A stretch of 64,000 nucleotides of DNA from Methanobacteriota archaeon (GTDB taxonomy: Archaea; Thermoplasmatota; Thermoplasmata; Methanomassiliicoccales; UBA472). The notes under the pieces are model-generated. The model worked only from the letters and a program-made list of their open reading frames with translations. It searched no databases and was not told the origin of the DNA. This document shows, piece by piece, positions 53,543 through 62,397 of this stretch. The number at the start of each line of letters is the position of its first letter. Within the stretch, counting starts at the first letter, position 1. The position numbers and the translations under genes are program-made. The stretch is from NCBI GenBank assembly GCA_021372315.1, contig JAJFUT010000065.1, forward strand, positions 1,508-65,507. The letters run 5' to 3'.

Positions 53543-54550
53543 ATGGCCAACATCATCGAGGTCCGGGACCTCGTCAAGATCTATGACAAGGAGGTCCACG
53601 CCGTGAACGGCATCAACTTCGATGTGAGGGAGGGGGAGGTCTTCGGTTTCCTCGGCCCGAACGGTGCCGGCAAATCCACCACGATATCGATGATCACGAC
53701 GCTTCTCAGGCCGACGTCCGGAACGATAACGCTGGCAGGGCTCAACGTCGTCAAGGAGGCGACCCAGGTCCGTAAGCTGATCGGTCTCGTCCCTCAGGAT
53801 CTGACCGCCGACGACGAGCTGTCGGGAAGGGAGAACATGCAGCTCCAGGCCGACCTTTACAACGTTCCGAGGGACATCGAGAAGCAACGCATCGAAGAGC
53901 TGCTCAGCACGGTCAAGCTTGTGGATGCAGCGGAGAGGAAGGTAGAAACGTACTCAGGGGGCATGAGAAAGAGACTGGAGCTCGTCGAAGGGCTCATCCA
54001 CCGTCCCAAGGTGCTGTTCCTGGATGAACCCACGTTAGGACTGGACGTACAGACCAGAGAGATAATATGGGAATACATCCGCAAGATGAAGGAGGAGAGC
54101 GGGATGACCATATTCCTCACGACCCACTATCTCGAGGAGGCCGATTCCCTATGCGACAGGATCGCGATCATCGACGAGGGCGTCATCAAGGTGATCGGCA
54201 CCCCGGCCGAGCTCAAGGCGTCCCTGGGCGGGGACATGATCAAAGTAACCGTCAACGGCGGGGAGGACTACTCGAGCGTCATGTCCTCCATCCCAAACGT
54301 TTTGGACGTCAAGCATGACGGAAGCGAGTATAAGTTGAAGACGAGGGACGGCGACGCGACGATGAAGGACGTTCTCGCCAAGGTCGCTGAGAACGGCTGG
54401 AAGGTAAGCGCGATATCGCTCCACAGACCGAGCATGAACCAGGTCTTCCTGGAGTACACCGGGAAGTCCCTGAAGGACGACCTGCGGTCCCTGTCGGCCA
54501 ACAAGGCGGCGGCGCGCCAGACCGCCTTACAGAACAGGAGGAGGCGTTAG
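53543..54550 (+). CDS. ABC transporter ATP-binding protein (DrrA-like)
   Basis: Walker A GPNGAGKST, signature SGGMRKRL, Walker B LFLDEPTLGLD. ATG at 53543 (alternative GTG at 53534). TAG stop. Confidence 0.9.
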   Translation: MANIIEVRDLVKIYDKEVHAVNGINFDVREGEVFGFLGPNGAGKSTTISMITTLLRPTSGTITLAGLNVVKEATQVRKLIGLVPQDLTADDELSGRENMQLQADLYNVPRDIEKQRIEELLSTVKLVDAAERKVETYSGGMRKRLELVEGLIHRPKVLFLDEPTLGLDVQTREIIWEYIRKMKEESGMTIFLTTHYLEEADSLCDRIAIIDEGVIKVIGTPAELKASLGGDMIKVTVNGGEDYSSVMSSIPNVLDVKHDGSEYKLKTRDGDATMKDVLAKVAENGWKVSAISLHRPSMNQVFLEYTGKSLKDDLRSLSANKAAARQTALQNRRRR

Positions 54551-54551
54551 G

Positions 54552-55355
54552 ATGAGCGAGATCGACGCCTATCTCCGGCAGACATGCGCCCTCACGAGCA
54601 GGGAACTCAAGCACTGGTACAGGAGCAAGACGCAGGTGGCCATGGCCCTGATCATGCCGCTGATGTGGCTCGGCCTTTTCGGGTTCGCGATGAGCGGCTT
54701 CATCGACACGAGCGGCCTCGACATCGACTACTTCAGCTATCTGGCCATGGGGATGGTCATAATCACGTCATTGTCGACCTCCATGAACGCCGGGATGTCG
54801 GTGATCTGGGACCGCAGGTTCGGGTTCCTGGCAAAGCTAAAGGCTGCGCCGATCCCTCGGGGCGTCATACCGCTCTCGAAGGTGCTGGCCACGACCGTCA
54901 AGGCGGCCATCCAATCGATGCTGATCTTGATCATCGGTCTGGTGCTCGGGCTTAACCTGGTCGAAGGGTTCGGCATCGTCGACCTTCTAGTGATCATAGT
55001 CGCCGTGGTGGCGGTCGCCCTCACCTTCTCCTCGATATTCATCGCGCTCGGGCTGGTGATCAAGAACCAGGATGCGCTGATGAGCGTGAACATGCTCCTC
55101 AATCTTCCGTTGATGTTCGCTTCAGGCGCGATGTTCCCGACGTCGACGTTCCCGGATTGGCTCAGGACCGTGGCGAACGTGAACCCGCTTACCTACGCGG
55201 CCGACGCTATCAGGCGGGCTTCGACCCCGCTAAACGACTCGATGCTCTCCGTGCCGGGGCTGTCCCTCGCGGAGGACATGGTCCTGATAATCGTCTCTGC
55301 CATCGTCGTGACGGCAATGGGGATGTTCTTCGCCAGGAGGGGACTGAAGGATTGA
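54552..55355 (+). CDS. ABC-2 type transporter permease
   Basis: 267 aa, 6 hydrophobic segments. Starts 1 nt after the ATPase stop. Confidence 0.8.
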   Translation: MSEIDAYLRQTCALTSRELKHWYRSKTQVAMALIMPLMWLGLFGFAMSGFIDTSGLDIDYFSYLAMGMVIITSLSTSMNAGMSVIWDRRFGFLAKLKAAPIPRGVIPLSKVLATTVKAAIQSMLILIIGLVLGLNLVEGFGIVDLLVIIVAVVAVALTFSSIFIALGLVIKNQDALMSVNMLLNLPLMFASGAMFPTSTFPDWLRTVANVNPLTYAADAIRRASTPLNDSMLSVPGLSLAEDMVLIIVSAIVVTAMGMFFARRGLKD

Positions 55356-55414
55356 GCCATTTCGCGTCAGGTCAGGGAGCCGGCGGCCTCTGGTCGGTTC
55401 GATCTCAGATAGGA

Positions 55415-56194
55415 TCAATGATCGTCATCGACCTTGAACCGTCGCCTGCGCTCGACCCTCATGCTCCCGACCGTTCCGAGATAGACGCCGTCGAGAAGGT
55501 ACACCCTTGCCTCGTCCATGTCGATTAGCTCCTGGGAGAACATCGGCCCAAGCATCTTCGGCTTGACGAAGTTCACAGGCGAACCTCTCAGGCTGAGGTT
55601 CATCGACGGCACCATTATGACCTCGTTCGGCAGCCTCGGGTACCTCTCTGTGCGGGCGGCCTTGAACTGAGCCCTCACCCAGCATCTCTCTATCGTGTTC
55701 GTCCCGAGCCCGTCCTCGAACATGACGGCAGGGTGATTGTGCCCCATGACCAGCACCCTTTGCCCCATGACCTCCTCCGATGGCCATGTGTGCCCGTGGA
55801 CGAATCCGGCGTCCTCCATCGCACAGCCCGATGCAGGATGGACGACGACGCCGTCCGGCAGCATGTCCTCGATGTTCGTGTCATGGTTCCCCCTGACGAT
55901 CTCGACGCTGGCGTAATGCCTGAGAAGCGTTCTGAAGAACTGCGGCACCTCCCTGTATTCCTGGCGACTGGAGCCTGGGACCATATGCTTGACGTCGCCT
56001 ATGATGATCAGCAGGTCATGGCCAGGCGCGAGCGAGACGAGCTCCTTCTCCATCCTGCTCGTCTGGCTCGGGACATGGACTCCGTTCATCTTCATCTCGT
56101 GCTCGAGACCGATGTGGAGGTCGCCCACGCAGATGGTCCTCCTCTCGCCAATGAGCTCGAGCACTGGCCTGTCCACTATCGGGCTGATCTCCAT
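55415..56194 (-). CDS. metallophosphoesterase (archaeal SbcD/Mre11-related TIGR00024-type)
   Basis: Calcineurin-like motifs VGDLHIG, IIGDVKH, GNHD, GHTW and GHNH. Confidence 0.75.
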   Translation of the reverse strand: MEISPIVDRPVLELIGERRTICVGDLHIGLEHEMKMNGVHVPSQTSRMEKELVSLAPGHDLLIIIGDVKHMVPGSSRQEYREVPQFFRTLLRHYASVEIVRGNHDTNIEDMLPDGVVVHPASGCAMEDAGFVHGHTWPSEEVMGQRVLVMGHNHPAVMFEDGLGTNTIERCWVRAQFKAARTERYPRLPNEVIMVPSMNLSLRGSPVNFVKPKMLGPMFSQELIDMDEARVYLLDGVYLGTVGSMRVERRRRFKVDDDH

Positions 56195-56195
56195 A

Positions 56196-56876
56196 TCAGA
56201 CCCCGTCCCGCAATCTCGAGGCGTTCTTGCTGGGCAGCCCCGCTTTCATGACCGCTTCCTCGACCGCGGAGATGTCGTACTCCACCCTCCTGATCTCGAA
56301 GGAATCCTTGGTCGTGTCGTGAAGGATGTAACATGCGCGCGGATCGCCGTCCCTCGGCTGCCCGACAGAGCCTGGGTTGATCACATATCCACGTTCCAGA
56401 TGCACGACATATGGGACATGCGTATGGCCGAGGACGAGCATCTTCGAACCAGGGCATGCCTTGAGCATCTCGTCCTCGACGTTGTGTTCGAAGACGTACT
56501 CGTCCTCGTCGAACGGGGAGCCGTGATGGACCGTGGCCCTCAGCGTGCTGACGTGGAAGTCCATGTGGTCCTTGAGCTTTCGGAGATATTCCATGCCCTC
56601 GCGCTCCATGTTCTGGACCGTCCATCTCACGGCAGCGGAGGCCATCATGTTCATCATGTTCGTGTTGGCCGTCAGCACCGACCTGTCATGGTTCCCTCTG
56701 ATCCCGATGACCTTCCTGTCCCTGAGCGTTCTGATGGTCTCGTTGGGGAAGGGATAGTAACCGACGACATCGCCTGCGCTCACGATCGTCTGTATGCCCA
56801 TCTTGTCGACGTCCTCGAGGACGGCTTTAAGGGCGACGATGTTCGCATGGACATCCGATATGAACGCTATCCTCAC
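56196..56876 (-). CDS. metallophosphoesterase (YfcE/MJ0936-like)
   Basis: Motifs ISDVHAN, AGDVVGY, GNHD and GHTH. Confidence 0.75.
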   Translation of the reverse strand: MRIAFISDVHANIVALKAVLEDVDKMGIQTIVSAGDVVGYYPFPNETIRTLRDRKVIGIRGNHDRSVLTANTNMMNMMASAAVRWTVQNMEREGMEYLRKLKDHMDFHVSTLRATVHHGSPFDEDEYVFEHNVEDEMLKACPGSKMLVLGHTHVPYVVHLERGYVINPGSVGQPRDGDPRACYILHDTTKDSFEIRRVEYDISAVEEAVMKAGLPSKNASRLRDGV

Positions 56877-56897
56877 GTTCTCACGACCAAAAAATCC

Positions 56898-58331
56898 CTA
56901 GATGAAACCATCTAATGACCGCCTCAGGACCATAGGGATCGTGTCGAAAAGGTCGGTCGCGACCAGCCCGTAGCTTCGCGTGCCGAACGCCACGTCCCCT
57001 GCTGAACCGCAGGTGAACGCCGCGATCCTCGCCGCATGGAAAGGCTCCGTGCCCTTCGCCAGCAGGCCGAGGCATATTCCAGCGAGGATATCTCCGGTGC
57101 CTCCGACGCTCATTCCCGGATTGCCTGTCCTGTTCAGCTTGATCTCATGTCCGTCGGAGACGATGTCGACCGCACCTTTCAGTATGACGGTCATCCCGGT
57201 CTTGGCGGCCAGCGCCTTCGTCTGCGCCTTGCGTCCCTCTATGTCGCCGGCGACCGGCTCCCCGGTCAGCTTCTGGAACTCCCCGCCGTGCGGTGTGAGT
57301 ATTCCCTTCTTGCCCTTCAGGACGTCCATGTAACCGGACAGGGCCGCGAAGCCGTCCGCATCGATGACGAGTGGCACGTCGCACGTCTTGACGTACTCCC
57401 TGACCGCCTCGAACGTCTGGGGGTCCCTGCCGAGACCCGAACCCAGAAGAACGGCGTTCATGTCCCTCGTGTGCGCCTTGAGCCTTGGCAGGTCGCTCGT
57501 GTTCACTATGGAACCTAGCAAAGGCCTGACGATGACGTTCGGCGAGAAGGACGCGATCGTCTGGCTGACCGAGGCCGGTGTCGATATATGGACGAGGTCG
57601 GCGCCGATGCGGTAAGCGGCCATGGCCGCGAGGAACGGCGCGCCAGTATACGGTCCGCCGCCTATGACCAAGGCCCGTCCGTTGTCACCCTTGTGCGAGC
57701 TGTCGGAGGGTATGGGATAGTACGCGTAGTCTCCGGGCCCGCAATGCGTCAGGGCCTCCTCCGGAATCCCGATATCGCTGACCATGATCTTGCCCGAGCT
57801 CTTCTCGGTCATCCCCTCCTTGACGTCATGGAACGTGACGGTGAACATTGGCCTGACCACCGTGGTGGTACCGATGCCCGAGGGAACGTCGACCGAGAGC
57901 ACTGCGACCTTGGATGCGTTGATCGCCTTGACGATCTCCGCGAAGGGTTCCTTGAGGTTCCCTTCGGACCCTGTGCCGAGCAGCGCGTCGATGATCAGGT
58001 CATAGGTCATGAGGTCCTGCCCGTTCCAGGGCTTCGATATCTCCTGGACGCGCTCGTAGTTGCCCCACGACGCCTGACCCCTGATAGCGTCGGCCGATCT
58101 GGCGAGGATGACGTCCACGTCGTTCCTTTCCCTAAGATATCTAGCTGCGACGAAACCGTCCCCGCCGTTGTTGCCGTTGCCGCACATGACGGCGATCCTC
58201 TTTCCGGTCCCGAACTCCTTCTCAGCTACGTTAGCGACGGCGTATCCCGCGTTCTCCATCAGCGTTTCGACCGGGACCCCGAGGTATTCGGAGTTGGCAT
58301 CGAGCACGGCGACATCTCTACGGGTCAGCAT
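56898..58331 (-). CDS. nnr: bifunctional NAD(P)H-hydrate repair enzyme Nnr (epimerase + ADP-dependent dehydratase)
   Basis: YjeF_N motif CGNGNNGGDGFVAAR plus a C-terminal carbohydrate-kinase domain (GGTGDILAG). The ATG at 58331 (MLTRRDVAVLD) is preferred. The ORF is open to 58379. Confidence 0.85.
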   Translation of the reverse strand: MLTRRDVAVLDANSEYLGVPVETLMENAGYAVANVAEKEFGTGKRIAVMCGNGNNGGDGFVAARYLRERNDVDVILARSADAIRGQASWGNYERVQEISKPWNGQDLMTYDLIIDALLGTGSEGNLKEPFAEIVKAINASKVAVLSVDVPSGIGTTTVVRPMFTVTFHDVKEGMTEKSSGKIMVSDIGIPEEALTHCGPGDYAYYPIPSDSSHKGDNGRALVIGGGPYTGAPFLAAMAAYRIGADLVHISTPASVSQTIASFSPNVIVRPLLGSIVNTSDLPRLKAHTRDMNAVLLGSGLGRDPQTFEAVREYVKTCDVPLVIDADGFAALSGYMDVLKGKKGILTPHGGEFQKLTGEPVAGDIEGRKAQTKALAAKTGMTVILKGAVDIVSDGHEIKLNRTGNPGMSVGGTGDILAGICLGLLAKGTEPFHAARIAAFTCGSAGDVAFGTRSYGLVATDLFDTIPMVLRRSLDGFI

Positions 58332-58419
58332 GGTTATGACATGTCCCATCGAATGAATAATATTTACCTTTGCCAACACGGTTTAATAATGGAACCAGTA
58401 TTTTAAAGCGGGATTAATA

Positions 58420-58710
58420 GTGACTGAGATTAAGAGATTGGTCTTGGATGTATTGAAACCGCATCACCCGTCTATCATCGATCTGGCTAAGAAATTGAGC
58501 GTCGTCGAGGGAGTCTCCGGCGTCAACTGCAGCCTGCAAGAGGTCGATCAGGAGACGGAGAGCATCAAGATCACGATAGAAGGCAACAACGTGGATTGCG
58601 ATATAGTCGAAGAGGTCATCTCGGAGTCAGGAGCGGTAATCCATTCTGTCGACAGCGTCTCCGCCGGCAAGAAGCTGGTAGAAGAGGTCGAAACGCCTCA
58701 GGACCGCTGA
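58420..58710 (+). CDS. DUF211 domain protein
   Basis: 96 aa. [23 protein letters not shown] is typical of the small archaeal DUF211 family. GTG start. Confidence 0.55.
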   Translation: MTEIKRLVLDVLKPHHPSIIDLAKKLSVVEGVSGVNCSLQEVDQETESIKITIEGNNVDCDIVEEVISESGAVIHSVDSVSAGKKLVEEVETPQDR

Positions 58711-58991
58711 GCCTTCTTAAGCTGCTCGGCGACCGCGGCAATCAACTTGGTCTTGGTCATCTTCTTTTCGACCAGGACCCTGCCCTTATGCTCATGCCAA
58801 TTACCAGGGTACGCCCTGTCGGCCTCGGCCTTGTGCTCGACGCCGATGCGCTTCAGCGCGACGACGATCATATCCAAGGTAGGTGAGCTGACGGCCACGG
58901 CCTTGGAGACCCTTCTCCCCTCGGCCCTGGTCCTATCGGAATCAAAATACTCGGGCCAAAGCACCCAGGCCTTTTCCTCATCCAGGGGCAT
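58698..58991 (-). CDS. srp19: signal recognition particle protein Srp19
   Basis: 97 aa, [17 protein letters not shown] motif. Confidence 0.85.
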   Translation of the reverse strand: MPLDEEKAWVLWPEYFDSDRTRAEGRRVSKAVAVSSPTLDMIVVALKRIGVEHKAEADRAYPGNWHEHKGRVLVEKKMTKTKLIAAVAEQLKKAQRS

Positions 58992-59024
58992 GGCTCATAC
59001 AACCTGATGATTGGTTAAAAGGTT

Positions 59025-59408
59025 TCACTCTTTGACCAAGATGGCGCAAACGGAGCCATCCTGACCCGGTCTCGACGTTACCTTGGCGAGTCCAGCTTCT
59101 GTCTGAATGATAGCACCCTTGTTAATGATGTTACGCTGGACATAGTTCGGGTTCGCCGAGTTCTTCTTGACCGTGACGATCTTCACACGGGAGGTCTTCT
59201 GCGAGGCAGGGTCGACGACGTTCGCGTAGCTTGCCTTTAGCATCCTGACCTTCGTGTTCCCGCCGCGGGTCCTGAGGACCTGGAGACGTTCCTCTCCGAT
59301 GAGCGTGAAAGACGGCTCGCTGCCGATCTCGAACCTTCTCTTCTTCCTACCCAGGCGCAACCGTCCGCCAGACGGCTTCCTGTGGGGTTTACCCTGCCAT
59401 AGTGCCAT
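59025..59408 (-). CDS. rps8e: 30S ribosomal protein eS8
   Basis: WQGKPHRKPSGGR motif. ATG at 59408. The ORF is open to 59432. Confidence 0.9.
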   Translation of the reverse strand: MALWQGKPHRKPSGGRLRLGRKKRRFEIGSEPSFTLIGEERLQVLRTRGGNTKVRMLKASYANVVDPASQKTSRVKIVTVKKNSANPNYVQRNIINKGAIIQTEAGLAKVTSRPGQDGSVCAILVKE

Positions 59409-59459
59409 ATCAATCCCTTGCCACCTAATCAAAATGGTGTATAAATATATTGTCTCAGT

Positions 59460-60104
59460 CTACGACCGCCTGTCTAGCAATCTGACCTCGATCCTTTCAC
59501 CGATGTCCACTAGCCCCGAGAAACCGTCCTTCGCGGCTCCCGGGTTCATGAAGGTGGTGCCATCCTTTTCCACGATGCCTCTCGCCTCATGGATGTGACC
59601 GGACAGCACCAGGACAGGTTTGAACGTTTCGACGAGCTTCCCTATCGCAGTGCTCCCTCCCCTCATCTTCATGAACGTCAGGTCGTTGATCCCGTACGGA
59701 GGGCAATGGAGGGCCATGATGCAGCCACCGGTCATGATCTTCGACAGCTCTTCGAAGATGCGCCCCTCCTGCATCTCGTTCGGAGTGTCCAGGTGCGTTA
59801 TGTTCGAGCCCCCGAACCCGACCACGTCCCTTCCCTCGATGACGATCCTTCTCGCATGTATGCTCTCAGCTCCTCTGGCCAAGGCCTCGTGCGCCAGGGG
59901 CGGGTCGCAATTGCCGGGGACGGCATAGACCTTGCCGGGGAGGGACCTGAGGAATTCCTCGCCCCAATCGCCTGGCCCGAAGTGCGTTATGTCGCCCAGC
60001 ACGATCACCCCGTCGGCATGATGCTGTTCAAAGAGCTCCCTCGTCCATAAGGCGACACTGTCCCTTCGGTGGACGTCCGAGATCACAATGAAACGCATCG
60101 TCAT
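59460..60104 (-). CDS. metallophosphoesterase (YfcE-like)
   Basis: Motifs ISDVHRRD, LGDITHFG, GNCD and GHIH. Confidence 0.75.
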   Translation of the reverse strand: MTMRFIVISDVHRRDSVALWTRELFEQHHADGVIVLGDITHFGPGDWGEEFLRSLPGKVYAVPGNCDPPLAHEALARGAESIHARRIVIEGRDVVGFGGSNITHLDTPNEMQEGRIFEELSKIMTGGCIMALHCPPYGINDLTFMKMRGGSTAIGKLVETFKPVLVLSGHIHEARGIVEKDGTTFMNPGAAKDGFSGLVDIGERIEVRLLDRRS

Positions 60105-60148
60105 ACTTCTCCAGCAAGCGTTCGTCGATGATAAATCTTATACCGCGA

Positions 60149-61114
60149 TCAGAAGGGCAACCCCCCAAAGACCAGCAGGTGCGCCACCAGGAATCCGGCG
60201 ATCGCTCCGCCATTGAGGTAAGGCAGCCCCGCCTGAGGCTTGCCTGAAGAGACCATCCTCATCAGGAGCGCGAATCCGATGAATGCGCCGGCCAGTGTTC
60301 CTATGGCGACGAGAATGGCATCGGTCGTGTAGGCCATCGCCCCGTCCACATCCGACAGGAATATCGCCGCGGAGACGACGAGGATGCCAGGTATGACCGC
60401 ATCGCCCACGCCCATCATCAGTGTGGACCTTTCCTCCGCCCCGCCCTCGTCCTTGAGGTCGAGGTCATCCAGTTCCCTCATGTCGAAATCCCTGTTCTTC
60501 GGAACGATGAAGAGGATCGGCAGCCTCAGACCCGAGATGCCTTCGGCCAGGGTGAGCATGTGCTTCGTCTTGTAGACCGCCACTGCGTCGTAGACGGCCA
60601 ATACGATGAGGAGCAGCAGCGCTGGAACGATCCCCAGTGAGATGCCGAGCACGGCCGTCGAACCGATGGCGACGATGAACCCCACGACATCGATGACGAT
60701 CCACCCGGGGTCCCTCCACAACATGTAGGCCAGAGCGAATGCCAGCGCCGTCGGTATCGTCTCGAAGAGCGGATACTCGTCCGTGAACATCAGTGCGATC
60801 GTATAGAACACGAAGAACATCGTCATGAACACCGCGAAGATGAAGAGCAACCTGATCGCCCAGTCCTTCGCGTACTTTATCATGAGAAGGAGGCCGGCCG
60901 TCATGACCATCATCATGGCGAAGTAGATCAAGGGGTTGATCGGATCGCCAGGGTCTTCGAACGCCTGGAACTGGAGGTCGTACATGACCGGCGCAAATGC
61001 CACCGCGACCAGTTGGACCGCGACGAAGAGCAGGAAGACCCCGATGTACTGCCCTCTCGACCTCATGTGCCCATCCAGCGTTCCTTGCGGTAATAATGGT
61101 TTCCAATTTTTCAC
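60149..61114 (-). CDS. presenilin/signal-peptide-peptidase homolog (intramembrane aspartyl protease, A22 family)
   Basis: About 9 TM segments. Catalytic YD (LAVYDAVAVY) and GxGD (MMGVGDAVIPG) motifs. C-terminal P-x-L-like GLPYLNGG. Confidence 0.75.
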   Translation of the reverse strand: MKNWKPLLPQGTLDGHMRSRGQYIGVFLLFVAVQLVAVAFAPVMYDLQFQAFEDPGDPINPLIYFAMMMVMTAGLLLMIKYAKDWAIRLLFIFAVFMTMFFVFYTIALMFTDEYPLFETIPTALAFALAYMLWRDPGWIVIDVVGFIVAIGSTAVLGISLGIVPALLLLIVLAVYDAVAVYKTKHMLTLAEGISGLRLPILFIVPKNRDFDMRELDDLDLKDEGGAEERSTLMMGVGDAVIPGILVVSAAIFLSDVDGAMAYTTDAILVAIGTLAGAFIGFALLMRMVSSGKPQAGLPYLNGGAIAGFLVAHLLVFGGLPF

Positions 61115-61175
61115 GGACCAGGGCGGTAAATCCGCTCGAGCGGCGACCTAACATTATCTCCTCAACGACGCTATC

Positions 61176-61700
61176 ATGGTCCCGTCAGAGAACATGGTGC
61201 AGAACAAGTTGGACGGAAAGTTGGAGAGGTCTAAGGACCTCGTCGAGATATTCGAGGTCGTGAAGGAAGCCGTCAGGGCGAGCAATGGTTCCTCGAGGGG
61301 AGGACTGATGCTAGGACTGGCAGACCTTGGAGGGAGCGAAGGCCATTGGATCGGCGGCCTCTATCCGGTCGCCTCGAACGTCATCGTTCTCAACCGCCGG
61401 CCCCTGGGCATGGTCAGGGTTAGGAAGCCCGAGCTGTACAAACCATACGTGTTCCATATCCTCCTCCATGAGTACATTCATTCGCTCGGGACGATAGACG
61501 AGACGGAGACGAGGCGGATCGCATATCAGATATCAAAGGAGAACTTCGGCGAAGGCCATCTGTGCACGGTCATCGCCAAGGACATCTCCGGGGTGCTGCC
61601 TTACGTCACATATCCCGGACAGATGCCTATGCCGGAGGGGTCTTCCTTCGAACTTGTCAAAGGTTTCGACCGGTCCAGCACAGATCACTACATCCAGTGA
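61176..61700 (+). CDS. putative zinc metallopeptidase (HExxH motif), function unknown
   Basis: 174 aa with HILLHEYIHSLG. No TM segments. Confidence 0.5.
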   Translation: MVPSENMVQNKLDGKLERSKDLVEIFEVVKEAVRASNGSSRGGLMLGLADLGGSEGHWIGGLYPVASNVIVLNRRPLGMVRVRKPELYKPYVFHILLHEYIHSLGTIDETETRRIAYQISKENFGEGHLCTVIAKDISGVLPYVTYPGQMPMPEGSSFELVKGFDRSSTDHYIQ

Positions 61701-61707
61701 TCCAAGG

Positions 61708-62328
61708 TCACTCGCGGTGAACGATAGCGAAGGCAACGTTCCCGGAGACCTTCGTTATCTTGATCTTCACCTTGACACCCTTCACCGTGCCTGGCACGTA
61801 GATGATGTAGTCGCCGACCCTCGCAACACCGTCGCCCTTCTTTCCGACGTCGTCGATCAATACCTCGACGATCGTCCCTTCCTTCAGGACGTTCTTCTCG
61901 ACGGTCTTGGTGGTCTTCTTGACCTTGACCGGCCTGTGGGCTCCGCAAGCCTCGCATTCGAGGATAAGGATGCGGCCTTCCCTGTTGATGTGGGTATCCG
62001 GCCTTCCGCACTCGGAGCAGAGGACGAACGTCTCGGTATAGTTCAGGATCTTGTCCGAGATCTGCTGGCCCGATAGCCTTGCCTTGAATATGACCCTCTC
62101 TCCCTCGAGGGTGCCCGGGGTCCCGAGCTCCTTCAGAAGGTACTGGAGGAGGTGGTCCGGCTCACGCCTTAGCGCATCAACGATCTTGCTGAAGTTGCGC
62201 ACTACGGTGGTCTTTCCCTCCTGGAAAACATCAGGCTCTGGAACTGTGAAACGCTCATGCTTCTCGATCGTGTCTGGAAGCTGGGCCTTTGCCCTGTCAA
62301 GCAATGAAAGGTAATCGTTCTCTGCCAT
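61708..62328 (-). CDS. eif2b: translation initiation factor aIF2 subunit beta with C-terminal TRAM domain
   Basis: aIF2-beta core including zinc ribbon CSECGRPDT...CEACG. C-terminal TRAM-like segment GDGVARVGDYIIYVPGTVKGVKVKIKITKV. ATG at 62328. The ORF is open to 62346. Confidence 0.85.
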   Translation of the reverse strand: MAENDYLSLLDRAKAQLPDTIEKHERFTVPEPDVFQEGKTTVVRNFSKIVDALRREPDHLLQYLLKELGTPGTLEGERVIFKARLSGQQISDKILNYTETFVLCSECGRPDTHINREGRILILECEACGAHRPVKVKKTTKTVEKNVLKEGTIVEVLIDDVGKKGDGVARVGDYIIYVPGTVKGVKVKIKITKVSGNVAFAIVHRE

Positions 62329-62397
62329 TCTAATCGAGGCTCTCAAGATTCACTATGAATATAAATGTTGCTAAAAGGGGTTTCGACGCCAGCATGC

